A stretch of DNA of 64,000 bases from Deltaproteobacteria bacterium (GTDB lineage: Bacteria > Desulfobacterota > Syntrophobacteria > BM002), in assembly GCA_022340745.1 (NCBI GenBank), contig JAJDNL010000133.1:5315-69314 (forward strand), given 5' to 3'. Shown piece after piece: positions 36,906-47,571 of this stretch. Both the position numbers and the translations under genes were made by a program. Within the stretch, counting starts at the first letter, position 1. The number at the start of each line of letters is the position of its first letter. Under the pieces are notes generated by a model, which worked only from the letters and a program-made list of their open reading frames with translations, was not told the DNA's origin and did no database searches.

Positions 36906-36934
36906 TTGACAATGTGAAAAGTTTATCATAATAT
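36906..36934 (+). promoter_or_regulatory. near-consensus sigma-70 promoter driving a non-coding transcript
   Basis: TTGACA (36906-11), 17-nt spacer atgtgaaaagtttatca, TAATAT (36929-34). No plus-strand gene follows. Confidence 0.55.
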
Positions 36935-36940
36935 CCGCTC

Positions 36941-37136
36941 GTCTCCTGCCAAAAAGGGGAATCTTTCCGAGGGAGACTCCTGCAGTTCTCATCAAAATAG
37001 CGGTTTTCAGTTCTTGTACACACGTTCGTGCTCGTATTGATGCGGTTGTTGGTTTGGCGTTGCTGGTCTGGACCCGTGCGGAAGTTCGAGTGACTATCCC
37101 GTTGGCGGAGTGACAACTTGGAAAGGTTCCCCTTTT
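36941..37136 (+). ncRNA. candidate ~190-nt small RNA (possibly 6S-like) between bAvd-like gene and dnaE
   Basis: Starts ~7 nt after the -10 and ends at small hairpin GGAAaggTTCC plus T6 (37121..37136). The 5' cgtctcctgcc can pair with the 3' ggcggagtgac as a closing stem. No SD-preceded ORF inside. Confidence 0.35.
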
Positions 37137-37273
37137 TTCAAATATATCCTCTAGCCCGGATATTTCAGCATTATACTGCTACTCACGTTGTTCCTAATCC
37201 CTCGTCCGTCGCATCTCATTTTTATTTCATCCACCATACGGCGCGTAGCTTTCCCACGGACAACGGACAACTA

Positions 37274-40200
37274 TCAACGGACACCGCCAGGATGGCGGTT
37301 TCGTCGATTGTTTCTATGATTGATCTTGGAATTTCGCACAGGGCCGGGTCCGTTTGACAGTACTGCAGAAACCACCTCAGCACCGAAGTACCGATTTACT
37401 TCTTCAACCAAACTCCGATCAGGTTTCACTCTAATTCTATCACCCAATCGTATGACGGCCTCACAGTGCTCGTCCGTGCACAGATGCACGTATGCCTTGC
37501 AATCGCCTTTGTGACGCCCCAAGATAGCTTTGAGATCAGCCAGATTTTCCTTGGTGACTGTTTGCGCCGGGAGTTTAATGTGAATTGCTTGGGTCATATG
37601 CTCCTTGGCTTCCAGGAGGGTGAGAATGCGCTGTGCTATGATCTTGGCTCCCTTCTCCTCCTGCTGTACAGTGCCCACAATCAGCAAGGGATCATCCACC
37701 TCAAGGAGGTGGCGGCTACTCTGATAGATGTCGCTAAAAATAACAACCTCCACAGTACCCTTGCGGTCTTCCAGGGTTAAAAAGGCCATACGGTCACCTC
37801 TTTTCGTGGTAATCTCCTTGAGATCGGCATTGAGACCACAGAGGATTATTTGGATTCCATCAGTCTTGTCCGCAATACTTGAGATATCCACTATGGCGAA
37901 GGCTTGCATCTCTTTTTCGTAAGCGTCAAGAGGATGACCGCTAAAGTAAAAACCGAGAGCCTCCTTTTCCATGGCAAATTTCTGTCGGTGGTTCCATTCA
38001 GGGATATTCGGTAAAGGGGGCTCGGAGTTACGCTGCTGCCCGGCAAAAGTGCCGAACATACTTATCTGGCCGCTCAAACGATCTTTCTGGATGGTTTGCG
38101 CCATCTCCATTGCCTCTTCCAGTGCGGCCATGGCTTGACTCCGAACAAGGTGAAGAGAATCAAAGGCGCCGCACTTGATGAGGCTTTCCACTACACGACG
38201 GTTGACGCGTTGCAGATCAACCCTTTCACTGAACTCATAGAGAGATGAGAAGGGGCCACCATCAGCCCTTGCCTCAACGATTGACTCGACTGCAGCCGCA
38301 CCCACGTTTTTTACCGCACCCAAACCGAAGCGAATACTATACCCTACTACAGTGAAGTCCCATGTGCTCAGATTTACATCAGGAGGAAGTATTTCCAGTT
38401 CCTTTTCCCGGCACTCATTCAGGAGTTTGACCAAGCTGTCGGAGTTGCTCAAAAAGCTATTCATCAGTGCCGCCATATACTCGAGAGGATAGTGGGCCTT
38501 GAGATAGGCTGTCTGGTAAGCTATAAGCGCATAGGCGGCACTATGGGATTTGTTGAACCCATAGCCGGCAAATTTTTCCATGAGATCAAAAATGTGCGCA
38601 GCTTTCTTGAGATCAATACCGTTTTCCTCGGCTCCTGCGAGAAAACGATCACGCTGTGCCGCCATCACCTTCGGGATTTTCTTGCCCATGGCCCGCCTCA
38701 GAATATCAGCCTCGCCGAGGCTATAATTGGCCAGGACACTGGCAATCTCCATTACCTGTTCCTGATAGAGAATGACCCCGTAGGTGTCCCGGAGAATGTC
38801 CCGCAGTTGCTCCAGTTCGTAGCTAACTTTTATATTGCCGTGCTTTCCGTTGATAAAGTCGTCCACCATACCGCTCTCGAGGGGACCGGGGCGGTAGAGA
38901 GCAACCAAGGCGGTTATGTCGTTGAAATTTTCAGGCCTAAGCCGTACAACCAAGTCGCGCATCCCGGAGCTTTCCAACTGGAACACACCGGTTGTATCCC
39001 CGCGGCTCAGGAGTTCAAACGTTTCCGGATCGTCCAGGGGCAGGTCACGCATGTCCAATTCGGCACCATTATTCTCCTTGATGAGTTTAACCGCATTGTC
39101 GATGACTGTAAGGTTACGGAGCCCCAAAAAGTCGAACTTGATAAGGCCGGCTTTTTCCACGTATTTCATTGGAAACTGAGTCACCACTTCGCCCTTGGAA
39201 CCCTTATAGAGAGGCATGTACTCGACGAGGGGAAGATCTGAAATGACAACGCCGGCTGCATGAGTGGAAGCATGACGTGTGAGGCCCTCCAGGGCCAGGG
39301 CCACATCGAAAAACTCTTGAAGCGCCGGATCTTTGCGAAGTTCCTTGAGGCGAGGCTCAGTCTTGAAGGCTTTTCTGAGCGTCATGTTGAGAACCGGAGG
39401 AATGAGCTTGGCAATCTTGTCAACCTCTCCATAAGCCATGCCGAGGGCGCGACCCACATCGCGGATAACAGCTCGCGCCTGCATAGTGCCGAAGGTGGTG
39501 ATTTGAGCAACCCGATCTTTGCCGAAATGTTCTGAAACATACTGCAGGACCCGGTCCCGGCCATTCATGCAGAAATCAACGTCGATGTCCGGCAGGCTAA
39601 GCCGTTCCACATTGAGAAAGCGTTCGAAGATCAGGCCATGATCTATGGGATCGAGATCAGTAATGCCAAGGCTATAAGCCACCAGGCTGCCAGCCGCAGA
39701 CCCCCTACCAGGGCCGACAGGTATCGCATTCTCTCTGGCAAACCGAACAAAGTCTGCGACTATGAGAAAGTAGGTGCTAAATCCCATCTTTTGGATGACC
39801 GAGATCTCGTGAGCCAGGCGCTGGCGATATTTTTCCTCTTCCTCCCCGCTGAACTCTGGGTGCTTCTTGCGAATTTCTGCAAGCCTTTTGGCAAAGCCCT
39901 CCTCGGTTTCCTTTTCAAAACGGGACTCTGCCGACTCACCCGGCTCAAGAGGGAACTCTGGGAAGTGAGGTTGACCAAGCTCCAAACTGACGTGGCAGCG
40001 TTCTGCTATTGAGAGGGTATTGTGCAAAGCGGCCGGGACATCCTGGAAGGTGGACCACATCTGCTCAGGAGATTTGAAATAGAGCTCACTGGTTGAAAAC
40101 CGCATACGCTCTTCATCCAGTACCGTCTTTCCTGTCTGGATGCAGAGCAGCACGTCGTGCGCCTTTGCATCTTCTGCTCTCAGGTAGTGGCAGTCGTTGG

Positions 40201-40819
40201 TTGCAACCAGAGGAATGCCGGTTTTTTCACTGAGGTGGATGAGATCACGGTTGACAATTTCTTGCTCTGATATGCCGTTTGCCTGCAGTTCCAGGAAGAA
40301 ATTATCCTTGCCGAAGATGTCGCGATACTCCATCGCAGCCTGTTCGGCGCGGGTATAACTGGCGGCCAACAGATGGGATGCCACCTCGCCATGTAAACAA
40401 GAAGAAAGGCCAATGAGCCCCTCGTGATACGTGGAGAGCAGCTCCTTGTCCACCCTGGGTTTGTAGTAGAAACCTTCAAAGTTGGCGAGAGTCAGCAGCT
40501 TGAGCAGATTTCGATAGCCCGTATTGTTCTCAGCCAAAAGAACAATGTGGTGGCTTCGGGCGCCACCGAGACCCTCGCCGCGGTCCCTTCGGCTTTTCGG
40601 CGCCACGTAAATCTCACAACCCAAAATGGGCTTGATCCCAAATTCGTTGGCTTTGACATAGAATTCAAGTGCGCCGTGCATGTTGCCGTGATCAGTGACG
40701 GCGACGGCAGGCATACCGAATCCAGCGGCGGTCCTGAGCACGTCAGTGATGCGGATGGCACCGTCTAGAAGGCTGTACTCGCTATGCACATGCAGGTGGA
40801 CGAATTCCTTTGACGACAT
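37274..40819 (-). CDS. dnaE: DNA polymerase III alpha subunit
   Basis: 1181 aa. PHP domain start MSSKEFVHLHVHSEYSLLDGA.., polymerase core, OB-fold. Confidence 0.95.
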   Translation of the reverse strand: MSSKEFVHLHVHSEYSLLDGAIRITDVLRTAAGFGMPAVAVTDHGNMHGALEFYVKANEFGIKPILGCEIYVAPKSRRDRGEGLGGARSHHIVLLAENNTGYRNLLKLLTLANFEGFYYKPRVDKELLSTYHEGLIGLSSCLHGEVASHLLAASYTRAEQAAMEYRDIFGKDNFFLELQANGISEQEIVNRDLIHLSEKTGIPLVATNDCHYLRAEDAKAHDVLLCIQTGKTVLDEERMRFSTSELYFKSPEQMWSTFQDVPAALHNTLSIAERCHVSLELGQPHFPEFPLEPGESAESRFEKETEEGFAKRLAEIRKKHPEFSGEEEEKYRQRLAHEISVIQKMGFSTYFLIVADFVRFARENAIPVGPGRGSAAGSLVAYSLGITDLDPIDHGLIFERFLNVERLSLPDIDVDFCMNGRDRVLQYVSEHFGKDRVAQITTFGTMQARAVIRDVGRALGMAYGEVDKIAKLIPPVLNMTLRKAFKTEPRLKELRKDPALQEFFDVALALEGLTRHASTHAAGVVISDLPLVEYMPLYKGSKGEVVTQFPMKYVEKAGLIKFDFLGLRNLTVIDNAVKLIKENNGAELDMRDLPLDDPETFELLSRGDTTGVFQLESSGMRDLVVRLRPENFNDITALVALYRPGPLESGMVDDFINGKHGNIKVSYELEQLRDILRDTYGVILYQEQVMEIASVLANYSLGEADILRRAMGKKIPKVMAAQRDRFLAGAEENGIDLKKAAHIFDLMEKFAGYGFNKSHSAAYALIAYQTAYLKAHYPLEYMAALMNSFLSNSDSLVKLLNECREKELEILPPDVNLSTWDFTVVGYSIRFGLGAVKNVGAAAVESIVEARADGGPFSSLYEFSERVDLQRVNRRVVESLIKCGAFDSLHLVRSQAMAALEEAMEMAQTIQKDRLSGQISMFGTFAGQQRNSEPPLPNIPEWNHRQKFAMEKEALGFYFSGHPLDAYEKEMQAFAIVDISSIADKTDGIQIILCGLNADLKEITTKRGDRMAFLTLEDRKGTVEVVIFSDIYQSSRHLLEVDDPLLIVGTVQQEEKGAKIIAQRILTLLEAKEHMTQAIHIKLPAQTVTKENLADLKAILGRHKGDCKAYVHLCTDEHCEAVIRLGDRIRVKPDRSLVEEVNRYFGAEVVSAVLSNGPGPVRNSKINHRNNRRNRHPGGVR

Positions 40820-40887
40820 AGAGGAGAATCCTTAAATGGAAGTAAGGGATTGAGAAATTATACTTCGTACAGACTTGAGGGAAAGTC

Positions 40888-41997
40888 TTAATTGTTGAAA
40901 TCCCTCAATTCCTTAATCTGCGTCAGGCTGTGACGCATTTCGTTCACGGGAACCGGATGAATAACCGCTCGTCCAATCTCAGCAAGAAGCACGAAGTGAC
41001 AGATGCCTGCTTGGATCTTTTTGTCTTTTTCCAGAGGGCCAAGTAGGGCTTGCGGATCTATGTTTTCGGGTATGTCTGTGGGCAGGCCTAATTTCTGGAT
41101 AAGATCCAGAGCACGAGCTGCCTCTTCCTTTGTGAGACCGGCCCACCGTTGGGAAAACCGGATGGCAACTGCCATTCCAGCAGCCACGGCCTGTCCGTGG
41201 GTTATGTTGTAATTGGCCGCAGCCTCTAGGGCATGCCCTAGAGTGTGACCAAAGTTTAAAACGCGCCGCAATCCACTTTCATGCTCGTCTCGATTCACCA
41301 CCCGGCACTTAACATCACAGGCCTTGGCTATGATCATTTCCAAAAGCGGATTGCTGGTGTTAAGAAGGTCAGCCCCTTCCTTTTCCAGAATTGAAAAGAG
41401 ATCAGGATCTTCGATGAGGGCTGCCTTGATAACCTCGGCGAACCCGTCGCGCTTGGCCTCAGAGGAAAGAGAGGCCAAAACATCAAGATCGGAGAGCACA
41501 AGTCGAGGTTGATGGAAGGCACCCAACAGATTCTTACCTGAAGGTAGATCGACACCGGTCTTTCCCCCAAGAGAGCTGTCCACTTGGGCGAGCAAGGTAG
41601 TGGGAACTTGAATGTAGGGGATCCCTCGCATATAGATAGCAGCAGCAAAGCCGGCGATATCACCAACAACACCGCCCCCAACAGCCAGTAGTAGACTTCT
41701 GCGGTCAAAACCCTGAGCAAGGAGCTGCTGACAGAGGTCGAGGACCGTTTCTATGGTCTTTGCGCTTTCACCCGGGGGTAAGGCAATTAAGGTGGTATCA
41801 ATGGAGTTAGACCGCAGTTGATTTTGAAGTGGTTCGGCCACCAGCGGTTTTACCACCTCATCAGTAATCAAGCCAAAAGATGAAAAGCGTCCCAACCGTT
41901 GTATTTCGCTGTGAAGACTAGCTAGAATACCCCTGCCCACCAATACGTCATATGAGCGATCAATATCTTTCTTTAGCTCCAGGCGGAGACGTTTCAT
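40888..41997 (-). CDS. aroB: 3-dehydroquinate synthase
   Basis: 369 aa. ..LLAVGGGVVGDIAGFAAA..LAQVDSSLGGKTGVD.. Confidence 0.9.
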   Translation of the reverse strand: MKRLRLELKKDIDRSYDVLVGRGILASLHSEIQRLGRFSSFGLITDEVVKPLVAEPLQNQLRSNSIDTTLIALPPGESAKTIETVLDLCQQLLAQGFDRRSLLLAVGGGVVGDIAGFAAAIYMRGIPYIQVPTTLLAQVDSSLGGKTGVDLPSGKNLLGAFHQPRLVLSDLDVLASLSSEAKRDGFAEVIKAALIEDPDLFSILEKEGADLLNTSNPLLEMIIAKACDVKCRVVNRDEHESGLRRVLNFGHTLGHALEAAANYNITHGQAVAAGMAVAIRFSQRWAGLTKEEAARALDLIQKLGLPTDIPENIDPQALLGPLEKDKKIQAGICHFVLLAEIGRAVIHPVPVNEMRHSLTQIKELRDFNN

Positions 41998-42146
41998 AGG
42001 CTCGCTCGTTTAGCTCGCCGCCTGGCGCATTGCGCTAAGCGCATGGCGACTGGTGAACATTGAACAATAAAGAGTTAAAGGAATCTCCCTGATGACTCAA
42101 CGTTCACCTTATCGTGCCAACTTGTGCCAAGCTAGTTGCGGGGCTG

Positions 42147-43196
42147 CTAGCTGCCGTCTGCCCGCTGGTTGCGGTCTTCAAGCAATCTCCTTCTTTGTTT
42201 CTCCGTAAGAATGGGGAGGATCTCATTGACCATCTGAGTGAATTGCGTAGGGAACAAAGCTTGCTGGCCGTCACTCAATGCCTTTTCTGGTTCATGGTGT
42301 ACTTCCACCATCAGACCATGGGTTCCGGCAGCCACAGAGGCCTTACTCATGGGAATCACCTGGTCCCGGCGGCCGCAGGCATGGCTCGGATCGGCAATAA
42401 CTGGAAGATGACTTTCTTGCTTAACCACCGGGATGGCACTCAAGTCCAGAGTGTTGCGGGAATGGTCGGCAAAAGTGCGGACGCCGCGCTCACAGAGAAT
42501 GACATTCCGATTTCCCTTGGCCATAATGTATTCGGCTGCCATGAGCCATTCTTGAATCGTTGCGGACAAACCACGCTTGAGAAGAACAGGTTTCCGAGCC
42601 TCGCCAGCCCGATTGAGCAAGGAGAAGTTCTGCATGTTCCGGGCGCCGATCTGGATGATGTCGGCATACTCTTCCACCAGATCGCACTGTTCGCGGTCCA
42701 TTGCCTCGGTGACAATGTATAACCCCGTTTCCTCCCGCACCTTGGCGAGGATCTTCAGCCCTTCTTCTCCCAAGCCCTGAAAACTGTATGGTGAAGTGCG
42801 AGGCTTATATGCACCGCCCCGGTAGAGACGGGCGCCTTGACTCCGAACTGCGCGGCCGATGGTGAGGGCCTGGGTCTCGCTCTCGACAGCGCAAGGTCCG
42901 GCAATGATCACGAAATGATCGCCGCCGATGGCAACATCCCCAAGGGTGACGATAGTGTCGGTTTGTTCGAACTCACGACTTACGAGCTTATAGGGTTTAG
43001 AAACAGGGATGGTCTCTTTTACTCCCGGCAGGAGCAGAAAAGGGGCGGGATCAACTGGTCCTCTGTTTTGAAGAATGCCTATGGCGGTACGCTCACCGCC
43101 CTGTATCACTCGGGCAACATTACCTTGTTGTTCAATGGCCATGACGACCTGAGCAATTTCTTCTTCGGTGGCATAGCTGCTCATAACCACCAGCAT
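42147..43196 (-). CDS. 3-deoxy-7-phosphoheptulonate (DAHP) synthase, type I-beta with N-terminal ferredoxin/ACT-like regulatory domain
   Basis: 349 aa. ~80-aa N-terminal domain then ..IIAGPCAVES..LYRGGAYKPRTSPYSFQG..KRG.. core. Confidence 0.8.
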   Translation of the reverse strand: MLVVMSSYATEEEIAQVVMAIEQQGNVARVIQGGERTAIGILQNRGPVDPAPFLLLPGVKETIPVSKPYKLVSREFEQTDTIVTLGDVAIGGDHFVIIAGPCAVESETQALTIGRAVRSQGARLYRGGAYKPRTSPYSFQGLGEEGLKILAKVREETGLYIVTEAMDREQCDLVEEYADIIQIGARNMQNFSLLNRAGEARKPVLLKRGLSATIQEWLMAAEYIMAKGNRNVILCERGVRTFADHSRNTLDLSAIPVVKQESHLPVIADPSHACGRRDQVIPMSKASVAAGTHGLMVEVHHEPEKALSDGQQALFPTQFTQMVNEILPILTEKQRRRLLEDRNQRADGS

Positions 43197-43472
43197 TTGA
43201 ATCTCCTTTCATTGGGAACCAAACCGAGCCTTGAGACGGTGTGGAGGGTTATAATGACCTGACGAAATTCCATCTCTAGCGGGTGAGCATCCCTCTAACA
43301 TACGGGTCCAGTTGGTGTCAACGGATTAAAAAGCTGACCTTCCTCTTTTGCCGTAAAGAGCATGAAAAGATAATTTCGGATTTCGGATTGCGGATTGCGA
43401 ATTTCGATAAGACGCAAGGAACAAAGTAATAGAAGACGTGATTTTTGCCTTGCGTCCTGAGCCTCTTATCTC

Positions 43473-44762
43473 TCACTGTGGATATAGGCCTCGAAGTAAC
43501 ATGGCCTCAGCCACCCGTTTCACCGCAACCATATACGAGGCCATCCGCATGTTTACCTTCTCAGTCTGGTATATATGCCAGACGTTCTCGAAGGCACGAT
43601 CCATTATTCCCTTGAGCTTAGAGTTTACTTCCTCTTCAGTCCAAAAATAACGTTCCAATCCTTGCACCCATTCAAAGTAGGAGACGGTAACCCCTCCCGC
43701 GTTGGCAAGTACGTCAGGCAGGTGATATTTGCCTCGGTCATAGAGGATCTCATCAGCGTCTGGGGAGGTGGGGCCATTGGCTCCCTCAGCAATGATCTCA
43801 GCCTTGATGCGGTCGGCATTTCGCGAGGTAATCACATTTTCTAATGCTGCGGGGATTAGAATAGAACAGTCAATCTCCAGCAGTTCTTCATTGGTAATAC
43901 TTTCTCCGTCAGGATACCCTTGCACTGAACCAGTTTCCGCCTTGTATTTTGCCAAGAGACGCGGGTCCAACCCTTTGGGATTATAAACCCCTGCTTTACT
44001 GTCACTGACGGCAATGACTTTGCCACCGTCATCGTGCAAAATCTCGGCAGCGTTATAGCCGACGTTGCCGAAACCTTGGATGGCGACTGTTTCATCATCT
44101 ACCCTACGATTCAACTTTTCAAGCAGCGAGTAAATGGCATATGCACAGCCACGGCTGGTTGCGCCAAATCTTCCCAGAGAACCCCCCACAGGTATGGGTT
44201 TGCCGGTCACCACACCGGGTTCGGCATAGCCAATGGACATGCTGTAGGTGTCCATGATCCAGGCCATTATCTGGGGATTCGTATAGACGTCCGGTGCCGG
44301 AATGTCAGTCCTGGGACCAAATACATTCACGAGTTCAGAGGTATAGCGGCGGGTCAAATGTTGCAGTTCACCCCGCGACATTTGCTTGGGATTACAGGCG
44401 ACTCCCCCCTTGGCTCCGCCATAGGGGATATCCACCACCGCACATTTCCAGGTCATCCACATGGAGAGGGCGGTTGTCTCGTCTAGGGTGACGTCAGGAT
44501 GGTAGCGAATGCCCCCTTTCGCAGGACCACGGGAGGTGTTGTGGTGTACACGATAGCCTGTAAAGACCTCAACGCTGCCGTCATCCATCCTTACCGGGCA
44601 GGCAACTATATAACATCGAGCCGGACTGCGAAGCCGCTTGTGAATGGCCGTATCCAAGTTGATTTGCTCGGCAACCATGTCAAGTTGGCGGACAGCAACG
44701 TCCAAGGCATTGTCTTTGTCGCTCATGGTTATGCTCCTTTCTAATAGTGAGCAGAGCGCCAA
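43473..44762 (-). CDS. gdhA: glutamate dehydrogenase (Glu/Leu/Phe/Val dehydrogenase family)
   Basis: ..PYGGAKGGV.. catalytic motif, GFGNVG Rossmann. Likely start MSDKDNALD (44726). Confidence 0.9.
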   Translation of the reverse strand: MALCSLLERSITMSDKDNALDVAVRQLDMVAEQINLDTAIHKRLRSPARCYIVACPVRMDDGSVEVFTGYRVHHNTSRGPAKGGIRYHPDVTLDETTALSMWMTWKCAVVDIPYGGAKGGVACNPKQMSRGELQHLTRRYTSELVNVFGPRTDIPAPDVYTNPQIMAWIMDTYSMSIGYAEPGVVTGKPIPVGGSLGRFGATSRGCAYAIYSLLEKLNRRVDDETVAIQGFGNVGYNAAEILHDDGGKVIAVSDSKAGVYNPKGLDPRLLAKYKAETGSVQGYPDGESITNEELLEIDCSILIPAALENVITSRNADRIKAEIIAEGANGPTSPDADEILYDRGKYHLPDVLANAGGVTVSYFEWVQGLERYFWTEEEVNSKLKGIMDRAFENVWHIYQTEKVNMRMASYMVAVKRVAEAMLLRGLYPQ

Positions 44763-44926
44763 GCGCTTGGCGCATAGCGTTTTGATTTCAAAAGGTCACT
44801 TCGTATCACTGCCATTTTGCCTTGAGCAAGAAGCATGAGACAAGCATATCAATTCTTTTACTCCATGCTCAATGCCCCATGCTCCATGCCAGAAATGAGG
44901 GCGAAAACAGATGATTTAAAGCCACG

Positions 44927-45616
44927 TTATCTTCCGAGTAGCCGATGCAGATTCTTCTCCTTCCACTCTTGCAGTCTGTGGTAATGGCGATACCGTGCTT
45001 CCAGTTGGCGGAACCTTCTGGTGTGGGCCATTTTGCGGCCATTGCGATGTACAACTCCCAGGTGATGGTGCAGCATCTCGTGGTAAACGATACCCATGAT
45101 CACATACTTTGGCACGTAGCTCTTATCCAACGCAGGATGGACGCGGATTGTTTTGGTTCTGTCAGAGTAGCTGGCAAGCTTAATGGAAATTTGGTTCCTG
45201 ACCCTCCTGTTGGCTCCCCAGGTGATAGGGCAGTCAAGCTGGTTTTCGAAGTATTCAGAGTTGACTTGGTGAAACAGATCATGGAGATCGAAGAAGCGCC
45301 CCTTCGAACGCACTATAGCCTGCCGGGACTTACGAGGAGATCGCTTTATCTTATCTGAGTTGTTGGCAACAAAGCTTCGTAAAACCGAAGGTGCTTTCCT
45401 ATTTCGACTCTTGACGAAGCGAGCCAGGGATCTCAAGACTCCAGTGTTTGCCTCGAGAAACATGTGATGGAGGCGCATTTTATAGCCACTGTTGGAAGGC
45501 CTGATGTGTATCATCGAGTGGGTGTTGTCGGTAATGGTGAGATGGACCGGTTTTTTAACCAGACGGGAGAGGTTCTGTTGGAGATGGCTGACATTCTTCC
45601 GGTTGAACTTTTCCAT
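44927..45616 (-). CDS. SprT-like zinc-metalloprotease-domain protein
   Basis: 229 aa. ..ITWGANRRVRN..IRVHPAL.. and HEMLHH (HExxH). Confidence 0.55.
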   Translation of the reverse strand: MEKFNRKNVSHLQQNLSRLVKKPVHLTITDNTHSMIHIRPSNSGYKMRLHHMFLEANTGVLRSLARFVKSRNRKAPSVLRSFVANNSDKIKRSPRKSRQAIVRSKGRFFDLHDLFHQVNSEYFENQLDCPITWGANRRVRNQISIKLASYSDRTKTIRVHPALDKSYVPKYVIMGIVYHEMLHHHLGVVHRNGRKMAHTRRFRQLEARYRHYHRLQEWKEKNLHRLLGR

Positions 45617-45712
45617 GCAGTTACCTAGACTTTTGTCTTGCCTCCTGCCGGACTTTTCTGTGCACTTCTAACAGAAAACGGATGACAAATGCCAGCATTA
45701 ATTTGTATTCAA

Positions 45713-45860
45713 TTATAGAAAACGAGGTCCTAAGGACCAAGTCAATATTCAGTGGGTTTGCTTGTGAAGATGGCGTACGGCTGAAGGTTTCAGTGCTCAG
45801 TGTTCAGGTTTCAGTTTCTCTGCCGCTTTTTCCTGACACCTGACACCTGACACCTTTCCC
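45713..45860 (+). repeat. REP-like element (copy 7)
   Basis: tagaaaacgaGGTCCtaaGGACCaagtcaatattcagtgggtttgc...ggtttcagt..cctgacacctgacacctgacacc. Confidence 0.6.
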
Positions 45861-45918
45861 TATGCTCTATGCCCAATCTCACATCACACATCAAAACATA
45901 GCTCTTGAGAGGTGACTC

Positions 45919-46341
45919 ATGGACCCAAGAATCAAAGAGGCGATGCAGAGACAGGTTGCTAGGGAACCCTTCGCCACGAAGCTCGGGCTCAAATTGATCG
46001 ACGTGGGCGAAGGTTATGCCCTAGTTGAAATGAAATGTACCAGAGAGATGGAAAACATTTTCCAAATGACTCACGGCGGGGCCATATTTACCCTGATCGA
46101 CGAGGCCTTCGAGATCTCGTGCAATTCACACGGCACCGTGGCCGTGGCGCTGAATGTAAATATTACCTACCACAAGGCTCCGTCCCCGGAAAGCACCCTG
46201 AGGGCTGAAGCCAAGGAGGTGGCGAAGACCCGGAGGACAGGCAATTACTACATCACCGTGAAAGATGAGAAAGACCATCTTATCGCTAGTTGCCAGGCCC
46301 TCGCATACAGGGTGGGGGAAAAGTTGCCCTTTCTTGAATAA
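45919..46341 (+). CDS. PaaI-family hotdog thioesterase
   Basis: 140 aa. ..MTHGGAIFTLIDEAF.. Confidence 0.75.
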   Translation: MDPRIKEAMQRQVAREPFATKLGLKLIDVGEGYALVEMKCTREMENIFQMTHGGAIFTLIDEAFEISCNSHGTVAVALNVNITYHKAPSPESTLRAEAKEVAKTRRTGNYYITVKDEKDHLIASCQALAYRVGEKLPFLE

Positions 46342-46636
46342 AAAGGGGGTGCCAATTCCTTGTCGTAAGCAAGAGAAAAGGCCACTATAATTATCGAAAG
46401 AAGAGCTCCTTCATCCACCTTCCGTTCGATTGCAAGCTACTCCTAATTCCAGATTCATCTGATTATAAGCCAAGATAGTAACTCCGAGGCATAGAGAAAG
46501 GTAGGGGTGAGAGGTCATTAGCATAGAAATTTCCTATTTGACTAATAGGGATCTTCGAGTAATAGTTGTTCCCATCCCGGCTGCCTGTTCGTGGAAGACC
46601 GAGAGTGAATACATTACAAACAGTGTGGAGGTATAT

Positions 46637-47206
46637 ATGAAGAAGAAATTACTACCACTGCTCATTTTGGCTTGGATTATCTTATTTTCTGCAGCTCTGG
46701 CAACAGCCGCCTCTAATGTGCCGAAGAAAAAACAAACGGTGTTAGGACTTTACCTGACTGCGAAGGATGCCTTTTCAAAATGGCATGTTGATGCCGACAA
46801 GGTTGTTGTCTTGGATGTAAGGACGCCGGAAGAATACATCTTTGTTGGCCATGCACCGATGGCCAGAAACATCCCCCTCAGTGTCTTGAACCAGGAATTG
46901 ACGGCTGAGAAAAGAAGACCTGTTATGGAGTTGAATCCTGGTTTTGTTTCTCAAGTCAAAAAGGACTACAAAATTACCGATACGATTCTGGTTATGTGCC
47001 GTTCGGGGGGCCGCAGCGCCAAGGCGGTCAACCTTCTAGCCGAGGCTGGATTCAAAAATGTCTACAATATCACAGACGGATTTGAAGGGGACTCAGTCAA
47101 GGACCCGCAGAGCTACTTCAACGGGAAAAGAGTGAAGAACGGGTGGAAGAATTCGGGAGCCCCCTGGACCTATGAGCTGGACCCCAACCTGATGTATCAG
47201 CCCTAA
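46637..47206 (+). CDS. secreted rhodanese-domain sulfurtransferase
   Basis: Signal peptide. Active-site CRSGGRS. SD GGAGG before ATG 46637. Confidence 0.75.
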   Translation: MKKKLLPLLILAWIILFSAALATAASNVPKKKQTVLGLYLTAKDAFSKWHVDADKVVVLDVRTPEEYIFVGHAPMARNIPLSVLNQELTAEKRRPVMELNPGFVSQVKKDYKITDTILVMCRSGGRSAKAVNLLAEAGFKNVYNITDGFEGDSVKDPQSYFNGKRVKNGWKNSGAPWTYELDPNLMYQP

Positions 47207-47571
47207 CCCGAATTTTACAAACTGAAACCGGACAAAATCGCTGCGTTCACACCATTGCACCGCCTTTGGCGGGACGGCTATGCTTGGCTCGGACAGGATC
47301 TCACCTACGGCCAAGGACGCTTCATCAGGTCCGAAGAAGCCGTACTACCTTCGTTTTTAAGGCCAATAATCTCCCTTTCCCTAACTCTATTCCCATAGAA
47401 TTTTCCGATATTAGTCATTGGTAAACATCAAAATTATCTATTTGACTTTTACGTACATTAGTCTTGTAATAGTGCAAATATTCACATTTCTTAAAAGGGT
47501 GAAATGCTGGCCGAATGAAATGATGGTGATGATTCGCCAAGGCTGGTGAACCGCTCAGAGAGGCGGGCTTC

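Noticed and set aside
37080-37100. tRNA-like GTTCGAGT T-loop motif
   Set aside because: Flanking bases cannot form a T-stem or acceptor stem. No tRNA found anywhere in the window.
35838-37270. Diversity-generating retroelement around the bAvd-like gene
   Set aside because: No reverse transcriptase ORF and no TR/VR repeat pair detectable by eye.
38492-39241. 249-aa plus-strand ORF
   Set aside because: Antisense shadow inside dnaE.
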